From Acidobacteriota bacterium (GTDB lineage: Bacteria; Acidobacteriota; Polarisedimenticolia; JACPZX01; DASXTC01), in contig JAWPNA010000094.1 of the NCBI GenBank assembly GCA_045402695.1, forward strand, positions 1-43,242: a stretch of 43,242 nt of DNA. Direction: 5' to 3'. Position 1 is the stretch's first letter; each line of letters begins with the position of its first letter. A model generated the notes under the pieces. It searched no databases. It worked only from the letters and a program-made list of their open reading frames with translations, and was not told where the DNA came from. Both the position numbers and the translations under genes were made by a program. Positions 10,700 through 19,224 of this stretch are shown here, piece by piece.

Positions 10700-10726
10700 G
10701 CCGCCGCTCCTGTGACAAGCGGCGGC
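10700..10726 (-). terminator. Hairpin downstream of the sigma factor gene (weak terminator candidate)
   Basis: 9-bp stem GCCGCCGCT / AGCGGCGGC with a 9-nt loop. The downstream tail on the minus strand (GCCUCUGUGG) is only moderately U-rich. Confidence 0.3.
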
Positions 10727-10755
10727 ACCAGGTCCGGCACGGAAATCTCGGGGAG

Positions 10756-11781
10756 CTAGCTCTCCCGGAGCTTGGGGACCAATGTCAGCCGCGGACGGCC
10801 CCCGTCGCCGTTGCCGGCATCCGGCCTCGCGCTCGGCCCCAGGATAGGCCCGGGTACTCCGGAGGACCTGTCGCGCAGCGGCTCAGGTGCAGAGGCCGAT
10901 CTCAGGGGGATCATCAGCTCGCTGGGCATCGGGCCCTTGAGGGGAGACGACATGTACTTGTGCACGGCGAAGACCCTCCGGAGCTTCTTCTTCGCCTGGG
11001 CCTCTATCTGGCGAATTCGTTCGCGGCTCAGGCCCATGCTCTCCCCGATCTGCTTCAGCGTGAACGACCGGCCGTCTTCCATCCCGAAGCGGTTGGCGAT
11101 GACCGTCTTCTCCTGGTCTGACAGCAGGTACATGGCAGACCGCACCATCGACTCGCTCTCGTTCCGCAGTAGCTCCTCCTCGGGATTCACGCAGGCGTCG
11201 TCCACGAGGTAGTCGCTGATCGGGATGGTCTTGTCGCGCCCCACCTTGTCGTCGAGCGAGATCTCGCGAAGCTTGATCATCAGGATCTCGTCAATCTTGG
11301 AGATCGTGCTGTCGAGCTTTCTGGAGATTTCGTCGCGCCCGGGACGCCGTCCCAGCTCGCGCGACAGCGTGGCCTCGGTCTCGCGGATCTTCTTCACCTT
11401 CTTCATCTGGTAGTTGGGCACGCGGACCAGGTTCGATTGCTCCGAAAGTGCCTTGAGAATCGACTTGCGCACCCACCAGATGGCGTAGGTGATGAACTTG
11501 GTCCCCTTGTTGTGGTCGTATCGCTGCGATGCCTCGATCAGGCCGATGTTCCCCTCGTTCAGGAGGTCCTCGAAGGGCATGCCGAGGTTCCGATACTCGT
11601 TGGCTATCTTGACGACGAAGGAGAGGTTGGATTCAACCAGCCGGTTGAGGCTGTCCTTGCTTCCGCACTGCTCGGCCTTGCGGGCAATCTCCATCTCCTG
11701 TTCCTTGGTCAGGATGGAGTATGCACCGATCTCAGAGAGGTATCGACCCAGGGAGGAGTCTTTCTCCACTCGTCGGCTCAT
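10756..11781 (-). CDS. Sigma-70 family RNA polymerase sigma factor (RpoD/RpoS-like, no region 1.1) with a P/G/R-rich C-terminal tail
   Basis: Region 2 (DLLNEGNIGLIEASQRYD, YAIWWVRKSI), region 3, and region 4.2 (TLKQIGESMGLSRERIRQIEAQAKKKL), followed by a ~65-aa tail. ATG 11781 (MSRRVEKDSSLGRYL) is preferred over the ORF start at 12012. Confidence 0.85.
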   Translation of the reverse strand: MSRRVEKDSSLGRYLSEIGAYSILTKEQEMEIARKAEQCGSKDSLNRLVESNLSFVVKIANEYRNLGMPFEDLLNEGNIGLIEASQRYDHNKGTKFITYAIWWVRKSILKALSEQSNLVRVPNYQMKKVKKIRETEATLSRELGRRPGRDEISRKLDSTISKIDEILMIKLREISLDDKVGRDKTIPISDYLVDDACVNPEEELLRNESESMVRSAMYLLSDQEKTVIANRFGMEDGRSFTLKQIGESMGLSRERIRQIEAQAKKKLRRVFAVHKYMSSPLKGPMPSELMIPLRSASAPEPLRDRSSGVPGPILGPSARPDAGNGDGGRPRLTLVPKLRES

Positions 11782-11875
11782 GGGCAGGTGAACCTCACAC
11801 CGAAGTGGACTCCTTGGCAGGGGGAGGGAGCCGGGAATTCCAAGCAAACACTGATGTTGGGCCCTTTTTTTCTCC

Positions 11876-11904
11876 TTGACAGCTGTGACGGTTAGGAGTA
11901 TTTT
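11876..11904 (+). promoter_or_regulatory. sigma-70-like promoter P1 upstream of the XRE/TPR genes
   Basis: TTGACA (11876-11881), 17 nt, TATTTT (11899-11904), about 245 nt upstream of the XRE start. Confidence 0.4.
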
Positions 11905-12005
11905 TGGGACGGTTTGCCGGCTAGCCTCACGGTCCGCGTTCCTCACCTCACCGTGCGTCGCGTGCTGTCGGTAAGCGAGAGAGAGTCTATGTTGCCAGCG
12001 CATCC

Positions 12006-12034
12006 TTGTCAAGTCTTTTTTGTTGATGTAGCAT
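12006..12034 (+). promoter_or_regulatory. sigma-70-like promoter P2 upstream of the XRE/TPR genes
   Basis: TTGTCA (12006-12011), 17 nt, TAGCAT (12029-12034), in an AT-rich patch unusual for this window. Confidence 0.3.
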
Positions 12035-12149
12035 AAAGAGGAACCTTCGTAGATCCGGCTCCAGATCGATCAGGCAGAACAGCGGCAACCACCTGGGGAG
12101 CGAGGACGGAGCCGCGAGGAGGCCCACTCTGGAAAGGCCAAGCAGCAGC

Positions 12150-12503
12150 TTGACGATCAGGCGCCAGGTTCCTCTTGTGGGCAAGAGGATCCGCGAGTTG
12201 AGAAAGGACCGCAACCTGACCCAGGCGGAGTTGGCGGCGAAGGTCGGCGTCCAGCAGTCGGACCTGTGCCGCATGGAGACAGGTGAGTACAAGGTCAGCC
12301 TGGAGACGCTCTTCAAGGTCCTGAAGATTTTTGAGATGAACGTCGGAGAATTCTTTCACGAGGCGCCTCCCAGTGAGATCGACTTCGGGGAGGGGGAACT
12401 TCTACAGACCTACAGGAACCTTCCCCCGTCGGCGCAAGTGGAGGTCAGGCACTTCATCAAGTTCATCGAGCGGCAGACGCGCAGGTTTCGCCGCAAGAGA
12501 TAA
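12150..12503 (+). CDS. XRE-family helix-turn-helix transcriptional regulator
   Basis: GKRIRELRKDRNLTQAELAAKVGVQQSDLCRMETGEYKVSLETLFKVLKIF is a canonical Cro/C1 HTH. The start is either TTG 12150 or GTG 12177. A hand count of one 60-nt sample gives 45% GC. Confidence 0.8.
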   Translation: MTIRRQVPLVGKRIRELRKDRNLTQAELAAKVGVQQSDLCRMETGEYKVSLETLFKVLKIFEMNVGEFFHEAPPSEIDFGEGELLQTYRNLPPSAQVEVRHFIKFIERQTRRFRRKR

Positions 12504-12521
12504 GGGATTCGAGTCCCGACC

Positions 12522-13442
12522 ATGGGCCAGAGTCGGCTGCCGGCCAGAGAGCAGTTCTCCCGCTTCATCGCGCTCGGCTATGCCCTGCTGAAGCAAGGCG
12601 ATCTCGGCGAGGCGCTCTCTCAATTTGAAGGCGCCCTGACCTGCGCCCGTAAGTCTGCCGACCTCGAACGCGCCAACAAGGCGGTCTGCAGCATCGCGGC
12701 GTGCTACATCGAGATGGGCGACCACGAGCGCGCCGCGAAGGGGTTGCGCGAGATCATCCTGCGCAGCACGGACGACGAGACAATCTGCGCCGCGGCGTAC
12801 AACCTCTCCATAAGCCTCAGGCGACAGGGACAGTTCCAGAAGGCGTTTGTCTATGCGAACAAGGCATACGAGAAAAGTCGCGCCATCCACGATCTGAACT
12901 GGATGGCCCGTTGCCACAACATGATCGGCAACATCTACTTGGTCCAGAGCCGCCTCGACAAAGCGCTCAGCCAGTATCAAAAGGCGCTGGCGCTCCGGCT
13001 GAAGGAGTCCGAGCTGAACAGATTCTCGGTGGCCATCTTGAAAGACAACATCGGGTACTGCCACATGCTGCAGGGGCAGTACGAAAAAGGGATCCGGCAC
13101 GTGAGCGAGGCGCTGGAATTGGCCAACGATCTGCACAGCAAGAAGTGCATCTGCGAGTGCTCGCACGATTTGAGTTTCGGCTACATGCAAGTGCGCCGGC
13201 TTGAGGAGGCGCAGCGGTACGGCAAGCGGGCATTGGAGCTGGCCGAGGCGGAAGGGTACAAGGACTTGGTGAAGAACTGCTATTACCTTCTGGGAGAGAT
13301 CAACTGCCTCAAGGGCGACGAGGAGCAGCGGGATCATTACTTCTACAGGCTGCAGGATCTCTATCCGCACCTGCCCTTCCTCAGGGATTTCCTCTGCACC
13401 TTCGACGTGAGCAAGATCATCGCCTTGAGGTTTCCGCAGTGA
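12522..13442 (+). CDS. Tetratricopeptide-repeat (TPR) protein, soluble
   Basis: Repeated A-x-x-Y/F...G...A helix pairs run throughout (ALSQFEGAL, AYNLSISLRRQGQFQKAFVYANKAYE, IGNIYLVQSRLDKALSQYQKAL, RYGKRALELAE). No signal peptide. Two sampled 60-mers give ~50-55% GC. Confidence 0.75.
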   Translation: MGQSRLPAREQFSRFIALGYALLKQGDLGEALSQFEGALTCARKSADLERANKAVCSIAACYIEMGDHERAAKGLREIILRSTDDETICAAAYNLSISLRRQGQFQKAFVYANKAYEKSRAIHDLNWMARCHNMIGNIYLVQSRLDKALSQYQKALALRLKESELNRFSVAILKDNIGYCHMLQGQYEKGIRHVSEALELANDLHSKKCICECSHDLSFGYMQVRRLEEAQRYGKRALELAEAEGYKDLVKNCYYLLGEINCLKGDEEQRDHYFYRLQDLYPHLPFLRDFLCTFDVSKIIALRFPQ

Positions 13443-13458
13443 ACAGGAGAGTCCGCCG

Positions 13459-14340
13459 ATGAAAAGATCTCACGCGAGAGTCTCCGCCGTAGCGATAGCC
13501 GCGACCGTGCTCATCACCCTGTGCTCGGGTTTCTTCCAGGCCGCCACGACCGTGGTGGACCAACGCGGTCACCTCCTCACCATCGAAGTCATCGCCAATC
13601 CTTCGAAGCCGTCGGTGCAGGGCCTGCGCCTTGTGGACAGGGCGCCCACTGGCGAGACCACCACCGAGATACTCCTCTTCACCTACGATGCCGTGCTTGA
13701 CACCGGCCCCAACATCGCGATCGACCCGGTCGATGGAGAGCCCGTGGTGGTCTGGAGTCGCCACGACGGGACCGACGTCGATCTTGCGATGGCCCGTCGC
13801 GTGCCGGGTGGTAGAGGGTGGGGACCGATCGACCAGCTCACCGCCAACACGAGCACCGACATCGAGCCTCGGCTCATCGTCGCTCCGGATGGAGCGGCGC
13901 ACATCGTCTGGTGGCCGCAGGGGCTGGGCGGTGATGTTCTGCTCCAGAGTTTCGACATCTTCACGGGACAGCCGAGAGGAACGCCGCAGAAACCGCTCGA
14001 GCACCCGCCTGGCTCGTCACCCCCCATCATCCAGAACGTCGGCGGTGGCTACAACGAATCCTCGCCAGGCGACGACCCGGGAGTTCCCAGGGGCAGCAGC
14101 AAAGCTTCGGCGGGCCCGTGCCTCATGAACCCGGCGGCCGCTCCCGATCATGGAGCGCTCATGAGCTGCGGCAGGCCGGCGGGATGGCAGCTCTCCTCAT
14201 GCCAGCTTGTGGTGGGCACATTGGACGCCGAGACGCAGACTTGGAGACAGGTCTATGCGGACCTGCGCCGAGTGTCTCTGGCAAACACATCGGTCAGGAA
14301 TATCGCCCAGACGATGGCGGACTCGCGCTGCGATCAATGA
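13459..14340 (+). CDS. Secreted or membrane-anchored hypothetical protein with beta-propeller-like repeats and a Cys-containing C-terminus
   Basis: Good SD (AGGAGA, 8 nt upstream). N-terminal signal/anchor RVSAVAIAATVLITLCSGFF. Repeated motif PNIAIDPVDGEPVVVW / EPRLIVAPDGAAHIVWW. Four Cys in the last ~90 aa. Confidence 0.6.
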   Translation: MKRSHARVSAVAIAATVLITLCSGFFQAATTVVDQRGHLLTIEVIANPSKPSVQGLRLVDRAPTGETTTEILLFTYDAVLDTGPNIAIDPVDGEPVVVWSRHDGTDVDLAMARRVPGGRGWGPIDQLTANTSTDIEPRLIVAPDGAAHIVWWPQGLGGDVLLQSFDIFTGQPRGTPQKPLEHPPGSSPPIIQNVGGGYNESSPGDDPGVPRGSSKASAGPCLMNPAAAPDHGALMSCGRPAGWQLSSCQLVVGTLDAETQTWRQVYADLRRVSLANTSVRNIAQTMADSRCDQ

Positions 14341-15080
14341 AACGGGTAGTGCCGGTCCCGCTTGGGCCGGCCCGAAGCACCGTTGTCCATGGCCCGGAAG
14401 CGGCGCCTTCGTAGCTTCCACCTCACCTCGCACAACACTGTACGCGGATCCCAGATACCCTTGAGCATGATGTAGCCGGTGAGCGCGCCTCCCAGGTGCG
14501 CGAACCGCGCCACGCCGTCGTAAGATAACGCCCCCAGGCTGTAGAGCTCGATCAGGGTGAGCAGAAGCGCGAACTGACGCGCCGTCATCGGGAAGATGCC
14601 CCAGAACAGGATCGTCCGGGCCGGAAACGTCATGCCGTAGGCGATGAGGACGCCGAAGATCGCGCCGCTGGCTCCCACCGTCTGCGAGCGCAGTGCGAAG
14701 GCGCAGTTGAGCAGCCCGCCACCGATGCCGCAGATAATGTAGTACCGGAGAAATTTCCTCCAGCCCCACGATCTTTCGAGCTCGCAACCAAACATCCACA
14801 AGATGAGCATGTTGAAGAGGATGTGGAAGGGCCCGTCCGGCGAATGCAGGAAGGCATAAGTCACGAGCTGCCAGACGCGGAACTCGCTGAGCACGAGGAT
14901 GGGGTTCAGGGCGAACAGCTCGAGAAAAAGGTCCCAGGCTTCAGGGGCCATCAGGCCGCGGACGAAGAGCTCCAACACAAGAACGGCGCTGTTTGCGATA
15001 ATGAGGGTCTTTACGGCTGGAGTGAAGGGGCCGCCAAAGGAAATTCGGTACTGGTTGCCGTAATCCTGCCGGGGCGGCAT
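14334..15080 (-). CDS. Rhomboid-family intramembrane serine protease
   Basis: HILFNMLILWMFG, catalytic GASGAIFG, HLGGALTG, and multiple TM helices. Confidence 0.85.
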   Translation of the reverse strand: MPPRQDYGNQYRISFGGPFTPAVKTLIIANSAVLVLELFVRGLMAPEAWDLFLELFALNPILVLSEFRVWQLVTYAFLHSPDGPFHILFNMLILWMFGCELERSWGWRKFLRYYIICGIGGGLLNCAFALRSQTVGASGAIFGVLIAYGMTFPARTILFWGIFPMTARQFALLLTLIELYSLGALSYDGVARFAHLGGALTGYIMLKGIWDPRTVLCEVRWKLRRRRFRAMDNGASGRPKRDRHYPFH

Positions 15081-15086
15081 GCGGCG

Positions 15087-15116
15087 AGATTAGCACAGCC
15101 GGAGGAGAGCCCACAA
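15087..15116 (-). promoter_or_regulatory. Extended -10 promoter abutting the rhomboid start codon (leaderless candidate)
   Basis: On the minus strand: TTGTGG (15116-15111), 18 nt, TGcTAATCT (15095-15087), then 6 nt to the ATG (15080-15078). Confidence 0.3.
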
Positions 15117-15118
15117 GA

Positions 15119-16195
15119 ATGAACGCGCGCAAGATCGCCGTGGGCTGTTCGCTCGCGGCGGTCATCTTCGTCGCCCTGATCATCGTTACGGCCGTCATCG
15201 TCTTCAGGCAACTCTCGGCCCCTGCGCCGCTGCCGCAACCGTCCGCCCTCGTGGACAGCGGCACGCTGGGATTCGCCGTGGCTCACCTGGAGCCGGACAA
15301 CCCCTGGATCAAAGGCCTTCTCGAGGAGTGGGAGAGGAACTCCTTCCAGCGATCCAATGCCGGCAGAATCCTGCCGCTCGACCTCGCGTGGACCTCGCGC
15401 AGCGCGGGCCCGGGCGCCGAGAGACATCTCCTGCGTTTGAGCCTCGCGCCGAGGGGCAAGCTTGTGGGTCTCGTGAGCGACGTCGCTCTGTGGCGCGCGG
15501 GCCGCGCCGGCAAGAAGACCGTCTCTCGCGAGGAGTATGGAGGGGAGGGGATCACATCATTCCCAGGGCTGCCGATCAGGGGTTTCTTCTTCGTGCGAGA
15601 GAATTCGATCTTCTGGGCCTCGGATCGTGAGGGTGCGCATCGCGCTGTTGACAGCGCCGCCGGTCGCGCCCCAGCGGCCGAGACACCGCCTTCCGGCCGG
15701 CCTGATCTGCTCGCATTGCTGCCTGAAGGCTCTTCCCACGCTCTCGCCGGGGCGCTGGTCAACACGGACGGATCAATGGAGCGAAGCCTGATGCTGATCC
15801 CCAGGGTCGCGACGGACGAGCCGGACTCTCCCCTCACCTCGCTGTCCGCGCTCTCCTTTGTTTTCGAGCCGACCTCCCCGGAAGAAGGGGCCGGAGAGAT
15901 CACGCTCCACTTCCCCGAAGGGACGCCTTCCGACACGGTGGAGAGAGAGGCGCGCGAAGTGTCCCGACGACTTTCTTTCCTGTCTTTCGCGAAGGTCTCG
16001 CTCCAGGTCGAACCCCTGCCATCGACATCGGGGACGGTGCTCGGCGTGAAAGCCACAGGGCTCCAGTCGATCTATGGACGGTTGGCCTCGGAGTTCTTCG
16101 ATTTCACGAGGACGATCGAACGCTTGGCCAAGGAGAACGGCGGCCGCACCGAGGCGCTTCCCGACCCGAATCAGTCGAGCTCGACGTTCCAGTAG
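15119..16195 (+). CDS. N-terminally membrane-anchored hypothetical protein
   Basis: SD GGAGGAG lies 11 nt upstream. Single TM helix IAVGCSLAAVIFVALIIVTAVIVF, then ~320 aa with no motif I recognise. Confidence 0.55.
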   Translation: MNARKIAVGCSLAAVIFVALIIVTAVIVFRQLSAPAPLPQPSALVDSGTLGFAVAHLEPDNPWIKGLLEEWERNSFQRSNAGRILPLDLAWTSRSAGPGAERHLLRLSLAPRGKLVGLVSDVALWRAGRAGKKTVSREEYGGEGITSFPGLPIRGFFFVRENSIFWASDREGAHRAVDSAAGRAPAAETPPSGRPDLLALLPEGSSHALAGALVNTDGSMERSLMLIPRVATDEPDSPLTSLSALSFVFEPTSPEEGAGEITLHFPEGTPSDTVEREAREVSRRLSFLSFAKVSLQVEPLPSTSGTVLGVKATGLQSIYGRLASEFFDFTRTIERLAKENGGRTEALPDPNQSSSTFQ

Positions 16196-16761
16196 GCGAT
16201 GTCGAGAAAGTTCCGCCACGCATCGTAGTGAGCGCCCGCGAACGACACCTTCACCAAGGGATGCCACCTGGGCTTGGCGGGCGGTTTCAGAAGCGTCATT
16301 CCCACATCCGAGGGCAGGTTGTTTCCCTTCCGGGCGTTGCACTCGATGCAGCAGCACACCACGTTGTCCCAGGTGGACTTGCCCCCGCGGGAAAGCGGGA
16401 ACACGTGGTCGAGATTGAGCTCCCGGGTAGAGAAGCGCTCGCCGCAGTACTGACAGCGATTGCGGTCCCTGAAGTAGATGTTCTTCCGGGTGAACCGCAC
16501 GTCATGGCGCGGCAACGCGTCGTAGTGCAGCAGCAGAATCACCCGCGGGATCTTGATCTTCATCGCTGGAGTGGAGATGAACTCGTCGTCGGGCTGCACC
16601 GGAATGTCGCACCAGTTCTCCCACGAGTAGGTGGAGTAATCCGGCGCTACTGCCTTCACCTGCCCCTTGTACAGCAGACAGAAGGCCTTCCGTGCAGAGG
16701 TCACCTGGATGGCCTGGAACAAGCGGTTCAGTACGAGGACGTTCGAATCCAGCACCAGCAC
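16171..16761 (-). CDS. HNH endonuclease family protein
   Basis: CQYCG...LNLDHVFPLSRGGKSTWDNVVCCCIECNARKGN is a classical HNH/zinc-finger core, preceded by a ~100-aa N-terminal domain. Confidence 0.85.
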   Translation of the reverse strand: MLVLDSNVLVLNRLFQAIQVTSARKAFCLLYKGQVKAVAPDYSTYSWENWCDIPVQPDDEFISTPAMKIKIPRVILLLHYDALPRHDVRFTRKNIYFRDRNRCQYCGERFSTRELNLDHVFPLSRGGKSTWDNVVCCCIECNARKGNNLPSDVGMTLLKPPAKPRWHPLVKVSFAGAHYDAWRNFLDIAYWNVELD

Positions 16762-16780
16762 TCTCCCCTCAGCCGGCTCA

Positions 16781-17899
16781 TCAGCGGACGCCCGGAGCTT
16801 TCTGGCCCGGCGCGAACTCCCGCTTGAGCGTCCGGCTCTCCTCGTGGCGCTCGATGGCCAGGCTTATCAGACGATCCACCAGCGGGGCGAAGGCCACGCC
16901 GCTGGCCTCCCATAGCCTCGGGTACATGCTGATCGGCGTGAAGCCCGGGATGGTGTTGATCTCGTTGATCAGCACTGCACCATCCGATCGTCTCACAAAG
17001 AAGTCCACGCGCGCCATCCCCGCGCAGCCGAGCACCTTGAAGGCGGTGATTGACACTGCTCTCACCCTCTCGGCCTGGGCCTGGGTGATCCTCGCCGGAA
17101 TGATCAGCTCAGAGCCTTCCTCCAGGTACTTTGCGGTGTAATCGTAGAACTCACGACAGGGGATGATCTCGCCGGCCACCGAGGCCTCGGGCTGATCGTT
17201 TCCCAGAACGGCGCACTCCACCTCCTGCCCGGCCACCGCCTCCTCGATGATGACGCGCCGGTCGTAGGATGAAGCCTCCTCCAGGGCCGCCCTCAGACCT
17301 TCGGGGCTCTTCACCTTCGACACGCCGACGCTCGATCCTCCATTGGAGGGTTTGCTGAAGCAAGGATAGCCGAGGCGATCAGCGACCTCTCGCTGGATGC
17401 CGGGAAGGTCGTTCTCAATCTGCCTGCGGTTGACGGCGAAGTACTCGGCCTGAGGCAGGCCGGCTGACTGGAACATCGTCTTCATGGCGACCTTGTCCAT
17501 ACCGAGACTCGATCCCAGCACTCCAGACCCCACGTAAGGCAGACCCGCGAGCTCCAGAAGACCCTGCAGGGTGCCATCCTCACCGCCCTGACCGTGCACC
17601 AGCGGGAAGATTACGTCGATCCCGACGCGGGCGCCCGCCGTCTCGATGGGAACCAGTCCGCCCACCGACGGGTCCCCGGTGAGGGCGGCCCGCGTGGCCC
17701 GTGCCTGCCCCAGGTCCGTGCCCAGGAGCGTCCGCGGGTCGCCCGCCGTCAGCCAGAATCCCTCGCGCGTGATGCCGATGGGCACCACCTCGTACTTGTC
17801 TTGGTCCAGGTGGGCGGCCACGGCCCGTGCCGAGACGAGCGACACCTCGTGCTCGACCGATCGACCCCCAAACACCAGACCGACTCTTTTTCGCTTCAC
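16781..17899 (-). CDS. ddl: D-alanine--D-alanine ligase
   Basis: MKRKRVGLVFGGRSVEHEVSLVSA..., ATP-grasp body, C-terminal LINEINTIPGFTPISMYPRLWEASG. Confidence 0.92.
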   Translation of the reverse strand: MKRKRVGLVFGGRSVEHEVSLVSARAVAAHLDQDKYEVVPIGITREGFWLTAGDPRTLLGTDLGQARATRAALTGDPSVGGLVPIETAGARVGIDVIFPLVHGQGGEDGTLQGLLELAGLPYVGSGVLGSSLGMDKVAMKTMFQSAGLPQAEYFAVNRRQIENDLPGIQREVADRLGYPCFSKPSNGGSSVGVSKVKSPEGLRAALEEASSYDRRVIIEEAVAGQEVECAVLGNDQPEASVAGEIIPCREFYDYTAKYLEEGSELIIPARITQAQAERVRAVSITAFKVLGCAGMARVDFFVRRSDGAVLINEINTIPGFTPISMYPRLWEASGVAFAPLVDRLISLAIERHEESRTLKREFAPGQKAPGVR

Positions 17900-19224
17900 T
17901 TGCGATCGTCTCCGGGCGCCTCGGCCTCAACTCGATCGTCGGGCGCCGCCATCCGCCCCAGGGCGTTGGCCCAGAGCCGGCTCGCGCGGAACGTGAGGGC
18001 AACATAACCATCGTCGTACTGCGCGTCCAGTACCTGGGAGTTCGTGTAGACGCGGGAGATCGACTCGGCGTCATCGGAGCGCAGTCGGATCCGCCGCTCC
18101 ACTTCCTCCCCTTCCGCCAGTTCCAGCAGTCGGGCCGAAAGAGCGTCCAATCCCAGGCCCTTCGCCGCCGCTGTGAAGACCGCGCCGGGATGTATGCGCC
18201 GGGCCCTCTCGAGTATCCCGGGCTGTTCCACGCGGTCGATTTTGTTGAAGATCAGGAGGGTGGGCTTGATGTCCATCTCGATCTCGGCCAGTGCCTGCTC
18301 CGTGACGACCATCTGTTCCTCGTACATCGGGTGGCTCACGTCCACGACGTGGAGCAGCAGGTCGGCGTCACCCGCCTCCTCCAGAGTCCCGCGGAAGGAG
18401 GCCACGAGATGATGGGGCAGTTTGCGGATGAAACCGACGGTGTCGATCAGCAGCAGCGGTTTGCCGGACTTCAGCTCCAGCCTTCTGACGAGCGGATCGA
18501 GCGTGGCGAACAGGCGATCCTCCACGAAGGCGTCCGCCTGCGTGAGCGCGTTGAGCAGCGTGCTCTTGCCCGAGTTGGTGTATCCGATGAGAGCCCCCTT
18601 CAGGACGCCCCGCCTCCCGCTCCGCCGGAGCCGCCGGCCGCGGACAATCCTGTCGAGATCAGCCTGAAGGTGGGTAATCCTCCGGCGGATCAGCCGGCGA
18701 TCGATCTCGATCTGTGTCTCTCCGATTCCACGGACTCCGATGCCGCCCACCTGCCGGGACAGATGAGTCCAACGTCGGGTAAGCCTCGGAAGCAGGTAGC
18801 GGAGCTGGGCCAGCTCCACCTGAGTGCGCGCCTCGCGGCTGCGCGCTCTCCTGCCGAAAATATCGAGGATGAGGGCGGAGCGATCGATGACTTTGGCCTC
18901 GATCGCCTTCTCCAGGTTGCGCGCCTGCGCCGGGGAGAGATCTTCGTCGAAGATCACGAGGTCGGCGTGGTGGCCGCGGGCGTGGGCGGCGATTTCCTCG
19001 GCCTTGCCTCGCCCGACGAAGTAGGCCGCATCAAGCCGTTCCCGCTCCTGCACGAGTCGGTCCACCACCAAGCCGCCGGCGGTCTGGGTGAGCCGCTCCA
19101 GCTCGTCGAGATGCTCGTCGGCCTCCTCGCGCCGCATCTTCGGCAGGACGACTCCTACGAGGATCGCCCGCTCCTTCGGCACCTGGCTACTTCGACCCAC
19201 TGTCCTCGCCCGGAGCGATGGCAT
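17896..19224 (-). CDS. hflX: GTPase HflX
   Basis: HflX N-domain (LDELERLTQTAGG, ALILDIFGRRARSREARTQVELAQLRYLLPRL). G1 GYTNSGKSTLLNALT, G3 DTVGFI, NKID. The start is uncertain: ATG 19224 (overlaps the tlpA end) or GTG 19182. Confidence 0.88.
   Translation of the reverse strand: MPSLRARTVGRSSQVPKERAILVGVVLPKMRREEADEHLDELERLTQTAGGLVVDRLVQERERLDAAYFVGRGKAEEIAAHARGHHADLVIFDEDLSPAQARNLEKAIEAKVIDRSALILDIFGRRARSREARTQVELAQLRYLLPRLTRRWTHLSRQVGGIGVRGIGETQIEIDRRLIRRRITHLQADLDRIVRGRRLRRSGRRGVLKGALIGYTNSGKSTLLNALTQADAFVEDRLFATLDPLVRRLELKSGKPLLLIDTVGFIRKLPHHLVASFRGTLEEAGDADLLLHVVDVSHPMYEEQMVVTEQALAEIEMDIKPTLLIFNKIDRVEQPGILERARRIHPGAVFTAAAKGLGLDALSARLLELAEGEEVERRIRLRSDDAESISRVYTNSQVLDAQYDDGYVALTFRASRLWANALGRMAAPDDRVEAEAPGDDRK

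Noticed and set aside
16735-16755. T-loop-like GTTCGAATCC suggesting a tRNA (tRNA-Sec was specifically sought because of selB)
   Set aside because: It lies inside the HNH coding sequence with no acceptor, D or anticodon arms around it. No CTTCAAA anticodon loop or GGTTCGA T-arm was found in any intergenic region, so I call no tRNA.
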